DNA from: Hydrolagus affinis
Taxonomy: Eukaryota
Reading direction: 5' to 3'
Assembly (NCBI GenBank): GCA_012026655.1
Contig: JAAILG010000533.1
Location: 1-64,000, forward strand
Length of the DNA stretch: 64,000 bases
Positions 52,501 through 64,000 of this stretch are shown here, piece by piece (position 1 is the first letter of the stretch; the number at the start of each line of letters is the position of its first letter). The notes below the pieces were generated by a model. That model was not told where the DNA came from. It searched no databases and worked only from the letters and a program-made list of their open reading frames with translations. The translations under genes and the position numbers were made by a program.

Positions 52501-55500
52501 TAATGTCATCACCCAATTACTAAAATACAAGTAACCTGCATTAATTCGGGAGGGAGATTGTTAACTGAATGGAGGGGGCCATGGATAGAGCCTTAAGGTA
52601 CACCACAGGTGACTCTGATAGGGGAAACCATTTGTGGAGACAAAGTGTAAAACATCCATTTTACTTTTAATCTCATAAAACCCAGGATGAAGATAGATTA
52701 TTGTCCAAAATACAGAATAACATTTAATGGTATAAATTACCTCTTCTTCATCTTCCTCCTTCCCAGGACTGATTTGCTTTAGGAAAAAAAACATTAAATT
52801 ACACAATCATTTACATTTCACAAAAAGATACCTGCATCCAGATAAGAATTAAGATACAATTCCAGTATAGCAACAAAATCAGCGGTATTTGCTGATATGC
52901 AACACTCGCTAAACATGTTAATTAGCTAAAAGTTTATTTAAACCTTTGAAATGCAGGGAAACTGTTGGAATTAATTTTCGCATAGTACAAGGGACTAATA
53001 TTTTAATAATATTAACTTTTTTTTAAATGCAGGTATGCAATAAAGGATTATTTTACCAATAAACTTAATTCTGCTTCAAGATTGATTGATTACCGACACT
53101 AAACTGCTAACTTTGGAGCAAGGACAAATCAGAATTCTGATTTCAAGACATGTTTACACTAACAAGCAATGCTTATCCCATTTTAGAAAGCAAATAATCA
53201 ATTCAAAAAAATATTCACCACTGATTTGAAATAGGTTGGTAAGTCTAGGATAAATTTGACTGAAGTCTGGACAGATGTAGAATCTAGAAATTGCAGAAAA
53301 AAATATATTTCGTTAAGAGTTCACAAATACTCACCACTTTGTTTGGTACATTGTCACTTGATACCCCTTCCTGGATTTTCCGTGTTTTTAACTGTCTCCT
53401 AGTCTGCCATGTAAAATCCAGATATGAATGAAATTTTTACACATGTAGTTTGATAAAACACCCATATTTTTAACTGAGGCCTTGAGCCCAAATTAATCCA
53501 ACAGAAAGGAAAAGAATGTAATTATGTATTACAGGTGACAAAAGCAAGATTTAACTGTAAAAAAAAGTAAGGCTTCCATAGAGTTTGTTTTAATGTGAAA
53601 TCAATGTATTTATTTTATTATTCAAATTATTAATTAATAATAGATTTGTTCACAATATTTTAGAAAAATATGAAAGATTTGACTGCAGAATTTATTTAAT
53701 GAGAGACCAACGGTTATCAGAAAAATAAGACATCATTCTTCAGGACTAGTACAAAGACAAGACAGTAATTGAACTAGTAACAAATAAATGAATATTTCTG
53801 AAGTTTTTGAATTGCTCATTTCCATAGTTTCCTTACAATGTCAATTTTTTCGTATTCTGCTATGATCTTCTTCTGTTCCTCTGGATCATAACCATTCCAC
53901 TTGTCTCTTTTGCCATCATAATCAAGGAATAGCTGTGGCTGAGTGTACTCATCTGGAGCTATATTTGTTGCAGTGTACTTTGCTCCCACTTTTCTCGGCC
54001 TCTGCAAGAGTGCATTTATTTTCAGAATTTCCCATGTTACTTTATCTAAATCTCTCTTGTGATGTAAAGCCAGAGATAGAGAGAGAAGCCAGACGGATGG
54101 AAAGACAAACGGAGAGATTGATGGAGAGACAGATGGAGAAACAGAGCTGCACTGGCATGGTGTGTGGGGAGAGAAGGGATATTAATATGTGTGGGCTGAG
54201 AGAGTATACAGTACAATAGTAACAGTACAAATCCTGATGGAAGAAATTTTGGTTAGTGCATTTCATTTTGCACAATGTTCACTGATTTTGTATCAACAAA
54301 GATGCCAATTAGGGAAGGTAAAAGTCTCTCAACAGACATTTCAAAAATCCTATTTAACTTCTAGCTTTGCCCAACTCTAGCTGTACTTAAAAAAACAAAA
54401 ACTGCTGGGAACACGCAGCAGGTCAAACAGCAACTATGGAGAAAGGGAAAATGAAGCAACGTTTCAGGTCCACGACCCTTTGTCAGAACTGTCCACAACG
54501 AGTCGTGGACCCGAAACGTTGACTCACTTTTCCTTTCTTCCTAGATGCTGCCTGACCTGCTGAGTGTTCCCAGCAATTTCTGTTTTTGTTTCAGATTCAC
54601 TAGATTCACTAGACTAGGTACAGAATGCATTACAAGCACTCAATATCCTGTCCAGTGAATGCTTTCATTTCAACTAACCGTTTATCCAATTTCAACACTT
54701 CTTAACGCCCACAGAGAGCAGCAGCAGCATGGGTTGACTTCAATAGAAAAACTGCAGAGGACAACAAATGTAAATGAACATACATCTAAACAGAATAGCT
54801 GAATTTTTGTAACCTGCAAATTAATAAAAGAAAACGGAACCGCCTACCTCCATACATTCTTTCTTCGCATGTGTAATAGCACCACAATTTTCACATGCCC
54901 CTCTCCTGTATCTGGTTGTATGATTACACTATAAAAAACAAAAATGTAACTTTTCTGAAGAAGCTACCAGGTTTATTTTTACTGTACGTTTTTCCCATTA
55001 GCAACTTTGTATTCATAAGAGAAATATCTGGACAGGGAAGAATTAAGACATTGTTTATGGTTACACGGTACTTACATGGTATAACAATGAATGATTATGT
55101 AGTGTAGCAGATATTTTATATGCAATTTGCATTTATATAAGGTATTCTGCAAATACTCACCTTCAAATCGTGTATATACCAATCTTTTATGGTATTATAG
55201 TTGTATTGTTTCTCCAGGTGAGGGCGTTGATGCTTCAGAGAAGGTGTGTTTGTGCTGTCTACATACCATGGTACAGTTGAAATATACTCAGGAATATGTG
55301 GATTTATATCCCTTTAATTGAAAAAAGATTATTTCACTCAAAAGCTAAAAAAAAAGGGGGCAACATCTGAACATAATTGTCAAGTTCTTTGAACATAAAT
55401 TTGGTTTTGACCAAAATGGTATTGATGCATACAAAATGAATAATTAATCTAATCTAAAGAAACTCTCGCTTTCACAATCTTAGAATGTCCATCTACAAAA

Positions 55501-55846
55501 TACAGTCACTCCACTTTATGGTAACATTTTATTGTTCTTATTATTAATAAGATTTTTCAAAAACGTTGTGAGCCACAAAGATTTGTAAAGAATGGGCTAC
55601 ATTTTAACCAAATAGCAGCATTTAAACTAAAATAAAGACATTGAAATAGCAGTATCAAAATAAAGTCACCCATCCTCTATCTTAAATCATCTTCAACCAG
55701 AAATTAAATATGAATTACTTCCCATCTTCATCTGTTTCAGCTGGTACCAAGCCCAGCTTTCTCTGTTCTTCTACGTCTTTCTTTTTTCTCCGAGCTTCTT
55801 TTAGTCTTTGAGCTTCAGCAGATTCTGGCAAAGCGGCAAATGCCAT
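49502..55846 (-). CDS. SLU7: Pre-mRNA-splicing factor SLU7-like protein, divergent paralog, 528 aa
   Basis: Exons 55846-55719, 55311-55161, 54928-54848, 54001-53837, 53403-53335, 52776-52741, 52473-52348, 52120-52029, 51255-51188, 51096-50957 (GC donor), 50747-50586, 50169-50065, 49983-49903, 49684-49502 (1587 nt, open). Peptides: EEQRKLG..DINPHIP, zinc knuckle [73 protein letters not shown]. The symbol denotes the family. Confidence 0.9.
54391..54590. mobile_element. Inverted pair of Penelope-like terminal fragments
   Basis: Arms at about 54391-54477 and 54501-54590 are imperfect reverse complements (CTGCTGGGAACACGCAGCAGGTC / GACCTGCTGAGTGTTCCCAGCA). Confidence 0.7.
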
Positions 55847-57639
55847 TTCAAAAGGGCTTCTTCCCAATCACATCAGAAATTGGCACAAGTCGATAACTGT
55901 ATATGCTTCATTTCTAAGATATTAAAGAGAAAGTGGGGAGAGAACAAGTTGAATAATTCATTGTGAAGCGCCACAAAATAAATACTTTTGTGAAATAAGC
56001 ATGACAATAACATGAACAAAATTTGTATTACAGTATTTGGGGCAAATCTACTCTATATTATGTCTTGACGACGTGATAAGGCACTATATCAAATGCAAGG
56101 ACTATTAGCGTTATTATTATACAAATTCAATTTATATAATTTAAGACTCTGTTCAAACAGAGATTTTTAAAACATAAAACAATAAAGTAACACATTTAAT
56201 TGCACAACAAGATACTGTATAACTACTTACCTGACATAAGGCACCAGTTCCAGAAGGCATAAAGTAACACCAAGCAAAAAATTATTCAGAATAGCATATA
56301 TCGCAAAGCCAAGCAACAGCCCTACTGAGTAATCTGCTGCCCATATGAACTTGGCATGCAAAAATCAAACAAATGGGTTGAGAAGTACAACCAAAAAATT
56401 AATCAAACTACAAGATTGCTGAGTTCGTGCTAGGCTTATTGGGTGCTTGGCAACAACACTGGTTAAGTTGAAATAAAGCTATTAGTTGAGAAATATAAGC
56501 AAATTAAATAACTGAACTTGAACCACCAGACATAAACAACAATTGGGGAGATAGGCTTTTGTGCATCCTTAACATGAACATTTACCTGCAGTTTTTAATC
56601 TTTTTAGACAAACATTTTTGCAAACTCCTTTGGAAACTGACGGCACCAAAAGCAAGGCTCCAAGCAGCAGTAAGAAGCTTATGTAACTACTCGTAACCCA
56701 TGATGCTACTTAATAATTTTGTTGCTGCTTTTCAAGGTTGCCTTGAGATTTTATCTTCATTGTTTCTTCTTGAAAAGGAAGTTAATATTGTTCAGGTTAA
56801 TTTAAAACAAGATACCCGGATTGAATTTTAAATAAAATATTATATAATTTCTAGCCACTTTCAAGTTTATTGTTGTCTTCTAAGTGATATTTTGATTGAA
56901 AACTTCCATATAGATTTGTGGGCTTGAGGACAGGGCACTTGCCTTCAGTTACCCCAGTGGAGGAGCTACTACCAACATTGACACTATAGACCAAATGGAT
57001 TGCTTATGTGCTGCAATATGTTCCATGTTTGAATATAATTTTTTCCAATAACATATTTGCCCCGGCCCCAAAATACACTCCAATGAATTACACCCCTCAA
57101 CATAGGGCATAGTTTATTGCTCTTTCTTAAACATGCCATATTTATGAGCAAATAAAGTCAATTTCAATGTCGCATGAAAATCAGGGAGATGATGCTTGTG
57201 AAATGAGGTTCAATGTGCCTTTTGTTCTATGAAGAATGATTAATCTTTTGCTAAAACAGTGGCACTCTTGAGTTATGTGTAGGCAAGTATTCCACAATAC
57301 AAAACTCACTGTACATTGAGATAAAGCCGAATGCAGAGTGAAATAAAGCCCAATGTACTTCAAGTTGAAGCTTAAAATACACTGGGCAGAATCCAACCAA
57401 TCCATGAATATGACTGTTCTGTATAATCCAACTTTAAAGCTTTACGAGGAGTTTATGTATTATTTTTAGAATAGGGTGATGATGCATCACATTCTTCAAC
57501 ATAAGGGCAGTTTTAAGTACAGTATAACAAATTGTCAACTGACATCAATTTCCTACATGTCTCTTATTACATAGTCTAGCTGGTTTAGCTAGTTATCAGA
57601 GTATTACTGAGTTCTACAGGAGCTTCAACATCCACCTGA

Positions 57640-58020
57640 ACGCGAATGCAGATTATTAAGGGGTAAAACAGAGTAGATAGTGGGAGACTGTTTCCCCTGG
57701 TTGGAGAAACTGTAACCAGGGGTCACAGACTGAAGATTAAGGGTCAGCCCTTTTGCACTGAGTTGAGAAAAAATTTCTTCATTCAGAGGGTAGTGAATTT
57801 ATGGAATTCTCTACCCCCAAAGGGCTGTAGATGCTCAGCCCTTAAACATATTAAAGACTGAGATTGATAGATTTCTTATGGATAAAGGGATTAAGGGATA
57901 TGGTGATAAGGCGGGTAGTTGGAGCTAGAATAGATCAGCCATGATCTTATTGAATGGCGGTGCAGGCTCGAGGGGCCAAATGGCCTGCTCCTAATTCTTA
58001 TGTTCTTATATGTTCTTATG
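57640..58020 (+). mobile_element. CR1 LINE 3' end
   Basis: Degenerate end of ORF2 (TRGHRLKIKG..RKNFFIQRVVNLWNSLP) and terminal TTCTTATG repeats. Confidence 0.88.
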
Positions 58021-58084
58021 AGAGTATTGCCCTTTATGCATCACGTTGGAAGTTGCTGTCATGTCACAGAGGAGCGACGTGCAG

Positions 58085-58180
58085 CCAACCAACCATCCAA
58101 CCCAACTAACTAACCATCCACCCAACTAACTAACCATCCACCCAATCAACCAACTATCCACCCAACTATCCAACCCAATC
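58085..58180. repeat. C/A-rich tandem repeat, about 20-bp unit
   Basis: CCCAACTAACTAACCATCCA repeated with variants. Confidence 0.8.
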
Positions 58181-58235
58181 TACCGACCAATCATGCCACC
58201 CGACCAACTCAGCACCATGTCATGTCGCTGCTCAC

Positions 58236-58888
58236 CGCCAGGCGGCTCCTCGGTGGCTTGCCAAGGCAAACGGCGGCTCTCGGGAGAGACGCCGATCTCG
58301 AGAGAGACGCCGATCTCGATTGGTCGCCGGGAATCGGCGCGCGACCAATCAGAGGCGGGGAGGCATACTAGGTAAGAATAAATGCAAGATGGCTCCTCAT
58401 ATAAAACCAAACGCCGAGCCGCTCCGCCCGCCTCGCAAAAAAGCACGATTTTCGGCCGTTTTTAAATACCCTTTTCTGTTCACACCGTGTCCTGAGGGTC
58501 AGCCGTTCAAAGTTTGGTACCTAGTCGCATTTTTTTTAAAAAAGGGTCATTTTTTTTCCTTTCACCCGAAGAGAGAGAGAGAGAGTGTGGAAAAAAAAGG
58601 TGGTGGTGGTGTAATGGGGGTGGGGGGAGAGCTCTCTTCTCTCTTGCCACGAAGAGATGAATTAAAGCGCCGTCTCGGGGCCTGAGCTGCGCGGCCTGGT
58701 CCAGATCCAGGATATCCAACCAGTCGCCTTGGCCTTCAAAGCGTGTGTGTGTCCCCCCCCCTCCCCTCCTCCTCCCCGGCAAATGGTGGGATAGACAGCG
58801 GCATCGAACAGGGTTCGCAGCGAGTCGGCGGCAGCGGCCTCCCTTGTTTCTTTTTTGTTCATTTTATTAAATGCAATAAAAAGTCCAC
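58236..58888. promoter_or_regulatory. CpG-island bidirectional promoter for the SLU7-like gene (minus) and BTAF1 (plus)
   Basis: High CpG density; minus-strand donor GCG|GTGAGC at 58235; TCTCG-n-GAGA motifs at 58278 and 58296; inverted CCAAT pair at 58318-58350; GC box at 58352; YY1-like CAAGATGGC at 58385. Confidence 0.7.
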
Positions 58889-61800
58889 ATGGCGGTGTCG
58901 AGGTTGGTGGCTTGATCTTTCTCTCTCTCTCTCTCTGTCTTGTCTCTCTGTCACTCTCTCTCTCTCTCTGTGTGACTCTTGTTTCCTTCTCTCTCTGATT
59001 CTTCTCTCTTGTCTCTCGCTCTGTGTGATTCTTCTCTCCGTGTGATCTCTCCCTGTCTGTGTACGTGTGTCTCTCTGGCTTTTCTTGAGGTTGAAATAAA
59101 ACGCGAGCTCTCTGTGTATATGTGTGTGTGTGGGTGGGGGGCTGTTAAAGGCCCCGGTTTATTGCTGAGCCCGGCGTCAAGTGACAGTTTTGAACCATTT
59201 GAGGGAGGGGTGGTGTGGTGGGGAGTGGGGGGGGGGGGGAAGAGAGGTTGTCTGCTTTTTTTTTGATGGTGAACTGACTGTGAGCCCCGCGGTTGGCGAT
59301 GGTGTGGCCGCTCACAATAGGTGATGTCTGTCTGGCCTTTGTTGAATGAATGTGAGTTGTTAAGAGTGTGTGAATCTTGAAACTTCACGAGTGTCTTGTC
59401 TCCAGCGCTCTGAGCCTTTTCAATGATCGATGTTGGGGCCTAGCCGAGACTGCCAACCAGCCGAGCGAGGGCTGGTGTGCCAGCGGGAGGACTTTTTAAG
59501 TGTGCTTTTCAACAAACTGCCTGGGGGAGTTGCAGTGAATGTTGATTGTTGTTGTTGTTATTTATTATTCTGTTAAACAGTCACTAGAATTTTTTTTAAC
59601 CTCCTTCGCTGCCACTGTGTAAAGATCGACTTGAGAGCTTTACTACCGTTTCAGCGGATGGGGATCGATCGATGATCTGGGCGCAAAGTGACCGATTGAC
59701 GTTTGAAATCATTTGGAGTCTGACAACGCGCTTTTTTTTAAAAAAAGAGTTAATTTACGTATCCTTTGTACGTGTGTTTTTTAGCCGCTCTGACTTCTTT
59801 TAAAAAAAACTTGCAATAATTAATGTGTGTCGAAATAGGGTCCCAGAAACGTCCTCTTAACATTTGCACGTGTGATGCTTTCAAACGAGGAAATCGAATG
59901 ATCCATGTGTTAATTGGGATGGATGTAATTTTTTATTTTTTTTAAAAAAATGATGGATAACTGGGAATACCAAACTCCAGGAAATGCACGATCTGCTCTT
60001 GGAAACTTCTCTTGGGTTTGATTCATCGGAACGGAAGTGACGGTCTGTGGAAATCCAATGTTTTTTCAAACTCGACTTTTTCCCCTATTTTTCTCCAGCC
60101 CCCCGCCCCCCCCAGTGATATTGCGTGTCATTGTAGCAGAGCATGTTGTTACCTTTCTGTTGCAACTCCTTTGTGATTCTTCCAGTTAGTTGCTGGGATG
60201 TGAACAAAAGGGGGGCTAATGTGACACTTGTTTCCTCTCCTCCCCCCCCCCTTTGTGCAAGGAGACAGTGTTTTAGCTTTGTCTTGATAATCCGATGGTG
60301 ATTCCTGTCAAATTCGTGTCCAAATAATACAAATATAATTCTCGACTTTTTTTCCCCTTTTCTTGCCCCCTTCCCTGTTTGTCCTTATAAATTACTCCCA
60401 CCCAATATCCACCAATTCTGACGACCTGAAACGTTAACTCACTTGAACTTTTCAGTTCCTCACTCCATAGACGCTGCCTGACTTGCTGAGGTTTCCGTGC
60501 GAAATATGTTTTTATTTTAGATTTCCAACATTCGCAATATTTTGCATTTTGTTTACTAGATATAGATATTTGAGTGCTGAACCTACAGCAGTAACCTTAT
60601 GAATTTAGAGACTTTACATTTAAAACCATGAACTTGATGATTTAAAACAACTTCTGTCTAACTATTTACAGTATTAAATCCTCTTTGTTTGGTAGTTGTA
60701 CTGTGACTAACATGATGTAATTTCACCTCCTCAAATCACTCAGTTTAAAAATGGATGTGAAATGGTACATAACTGGAAGTAATGAACCTGTAAAATAGGG
60801 GTTCAGATGAATCAAAATCATAAGACAGAAGTTGAGTGCTATATTAAATTGCAGCCTTGTTTTCTATAATCAGTTTTACTCAAGGGAACCTAGTTGAGAA
60901 AAAGGATCATATATTGCTGTATGTTAAAGTGCTGAAGATAAATAAATCTGGTTGAGAGTATTAGCTTGGTGATACCTAGCTTTATTTTGGAAAAGCATAG
61001 GCAGAAAGGAAGATTGGGGAGTTAGGAGTTTTACAAATTAAATAAGTCTTACAAGACTGTAGAAGAACTTATGATTATATCAACACATGATGCCAGAAGA
61101 AAGTTGTAGTTGGAGCTTGACAGAAATCAGAGTAAAATTTTTGAGGAGCAATCATGTGTTTTTTAATGCAGAAACAGATTGAACGCCAAAGGTGAGGAAA
61201 TTATCATTTGTTGGCTTACAAACATTTTCACACTCGCGATTGCGATATCTATGCAAGTGAGATATTGGAAAATACCACATATGGTAGAAGAATTCAAATA
61301 TTGGATGTTATAGATTAAAGAATTACTAAGGGAAATTGTGTTTGGAACAAATGTTGAAAATTGAATTATATAATAGATTTTTATATCAACATCTTTCTAG
61401 TAATTCTTTCTTGGAATTGAACCCAGGTCTCTTGTTTTTGTGGCGAATGTTCTTGACCACTGAGCTGCAGGACTCCACGTTTTATTTTAAAGAATGCATT
61501 TGTCAGTTTAAAAGTTAGAACATCCTTACCTAAGTGAATGCATTTTAACTTCTCATTGGAGGAAAAGTGGGAATCTGAAATGATATGCCTATGTTTTAAA
61601 ATATTGGTCAAAATAGTTGTGACAGTTTTCAGGAATGCTGTTTATCAAGCTATTTTATTAAACTAAACAGCAGTGAAATGTTTGACTTTGTTTCACATAG
61701 TTCTTTGACGATTGGTTTACCAATCATTGTCTATTGAGTACAAGCATTGTCTTGTCATCATTCACTATTTAAAAGAAGCCCATTTCAACTGTATTTCTGA

Positions 61801-62122
61801 TTATTGTCCTTGCTGTTCCAGCTATTGTTTCAAGAACCTTACAAATTGACAAATATCCTGTCTACAAAACCACACTTGGTATTAGTTGTGTTAATGCCTT
61901 GCAGAATATTTTACTATAAAATTATTTAAATATGAAATGCATCAGGTCAGATTGAAACACTATTTTAGCTAACTTTGTGTACGTTTCTTTCTAATTAGAC
62001 TTGATCGTCTCTTTATTTTACTGGACACTGGCACCACACCTGTAACAAGAAAAGCAGCGGCTCAACAGTTGGGTGAAGTAGTTAAGTTGCATCCTCATGA
62101 ATTGCACAACCTGCTATCCAAA
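58889..62122 (+). CDS. BTAF1: TATA-binding protein-associated factor 172 (BTAF1/Mot1), coding exons 1-2; gene continues past the window end
   Basis: Exon 58889-58902 (ATG GCG GTG TCG AG|gt) joined to exon 61999-62122 gives [46 protein letters not shown], essentially the vertebrate BTAF1 N-terminus. Confidence 0.95.
58917..59080. repeat. Degenerate (CT)n simple repeat in BTAF1 intron 1
   Basis: CT/TG-rich low-complexity tract. Confidence 0.8.
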
Positions 62123-62139
62123 GTAAGTAATGTTTACCC

Positions 62140-62450
62140 CTCTAACCTTACACACTACCGGTCCATTTCTAACTTGACCTTCCATGCTAAAGTTCTGGAA
62201 CATGTTGTTGATGATCAACTTTGCTTACACCTTTCCTTCTACTCCCTACTTGAGCTATCCAGTCCAGTTTCCACCCTGCCCAAAATTCCCCCTGCCTTGC
62301 CTCCTTCCCTGTTTTTAGATCATGCTTGAAGACCTTCCTCTTCAACCATACCTACCTCATGACTTTTGTCTGTTGATGTGCTCAGCGTCAAGCTCCACCA
62401 CTATCTCTACCCTGCGTGAAGGCACTAAATAAATGCAAGTTCTTGTTGAT
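62140..62450 (+). mobile_element. L2 LINE fragments
   Basis: [18 protein letters not shown] (RT-upstream motif) followed by a 3' tail GTGAAGGCACTAAATAAATGCAAGTT. Confidence 0.65.
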
Positions 62451-64000
62451 CTTGAAATATGTGGATGTATATCTAGTGTTGCAATACCTTTACAGATGAA
62501 GATTATATTTTGCTGAAGGGACAATGATAAGTTTTGTTTTTTGTACCCAGATTTGAATGTCTACAGATACTGCCTGAAAATTCCTGGTGTCAAGCCATTC
62601 TGGACCTGAAACAAACTTTTCTGTGGGGCCCAAAATTTCCACAGGGCATGCATGTGTAGATCTCACCTCTCCTACCGAACTCCCCACCTCACAGCCCTTA
62701 CTGGCCTTCAGTGGCTGTGGAGGTCGACTTTGGCTCTGTTAATCTCGCGAGCAGAATCTAGTTTATTCTCTATCGTTTTCTCATGGAATTCAAACAACTA
62801 CAATACCAGTACCAGCATTTTGCACTGAAAAAAATATAGATGTAGATTTGTCCACTATGACTTTTGTTCCTGATTTCTTTAATGATTTAAAATATTAATG
62901 CAAAACCAGTTTAAATTGAAAACAAAAAATAGAATTGGAATTTATTTAACAATAGTAATTTCCTTGTAGTGTTGCTCCAGTTGAAGCTCCCAACTCCAGC
63001 AACAGCACCATTAATTTGTGCCACGATACTTAATGTAATCGAGGCAGCATTGCTATGTATGTCTCTGGAACACAAGCTGCCATTTTTGTCTGAGTGAATT
63101 AGGGTGGGTGGAGTTCTTAGCTTCTCCGGACCTCTATTATCTTGTCAGCCAAGAATGAAAATCGCATGATGTCATTTGCATTTTGCTGCTGGCACTGCGA
63201 AGTTTATCTTGCAGAAAAATTAGGTTGAATTTTACTTTACAATATAAATGTGATATCATTTTTCCATAAATGGAATAGCAAATGCAATACAACAGAAGCA
63301 AGTCTGTAATTGACCAGCACTGTAATCCTTTGTGCTGTTTTTAATTAACAATAGCTGTGAAGTCATTTTGATTTTTACATGCAATACTCCAGTTGCTGCT
63401 TTATCATCTGGATTCATTCGACCAGTCTTGTAACCCAAATTATAGTTTGCTGTTCAAGATTGGTTAATTAAATTGAGTCAGAGTAGTACTATATCAGAAG
63501 TTTCATTGTCATCAAATTAATATTTTCCTCAAATAGGTGACTATGTAAACTTTGGAGGGATGAGAAAAACAGTACTGCCTTTATGGTAAAACTAAAACTC
63601 AGGAAACATTGAGCAAGAGATGAGATTGCAGACAGATGTAATCTTAAATGTTTACTACAGCAAAAAAACAAGGTTATTCATTTGAATGTCTGACTGGTGT
63701 TTGATACCTACTGCAGTAGTCTATGGCACTCCATTCTCCTACTCGTTCCTGTTTATTGTTATCTTTCTGTAATGATGCTCTTCAGTGTTTGTCCTTCCCC
63801 ATGCCATTTAATAATATTATTCTTTAATTATGAGAGTTAATACTTTCATTAGGAACAGATGCAGAAATTGTGATATGCATCCACTGGAGCATCTATCTGA
63901 AATGCTTGGGAAGAGGCCCCTGGTTAAGGCTGAGAAGCTGTGAGCAGGAAAATCTAAGGGAATGGTTGCAGTATACAATTGGGCTCTGCGACCGAATGTG

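Noticed and set aside
49502-55846. SLU7-like gene as a pseudogene or retrocopy
   Set aside because: All 14 exons are open and in phase with valid splice sites, and the zinc ligands are intact.
58085-58180. Regularly spaced repeats considered as CRISPR-like
   Set aside because: A simple tandem minisatellite with no unique spacers, in vertebrate DNA.
58180-59388. Several overlapping 60-145 aa ORFs around the BTAF1 promoter
   Set aside because: Expected from GC-rich CpG-island and (CT)n sequence; only the 14-nt BTAF1 coding exon has homology support.

Overview
Eukaryotic, AT-rich vertebrate genomic DNA. The repeat content (tRNA-headed SINE with L2-type tail, L2, CR1, Penelope-like and Tigger/pogo-like elements) suggests a cartilaginous fish, probably a holocephalan; this is inference. 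I rebuilt four spliced protein-coding genes by hand from splice sites, reading-frame phase and recalled homology. (1) CC2D2B, minus strand, 32 coding exons, 3' end outside the window. (2) A DUSP11/PIR1-like RNA 5'-phosphatase, plus strand, 11 coding exons, 387 aa, with the unusual P-loop HCTNGVNRT. (3) A divergent but intact SLU7-like splicing factor, minus strand, 14 coding exons, 528 aa, lacking the lysine-rich exon. (4) The first two coding exons of BTAF1, plus strand. The genes are chained head-to-head, tail-to-tail, head-to-head. The main inference is that the DUSP11-like and SLU7-like genes are second copies (probable 2R ohnologs) that humans lack at this locus. Other points: a candidate poison exon, possibly overlapping 3' UTRs, an RFX-like X-box, an intragenic exon-fragment duplication and degenerate Penelope hammerhead motifs. 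No database searches were run; homology calls come from memory and repeat boundaries are approximate.
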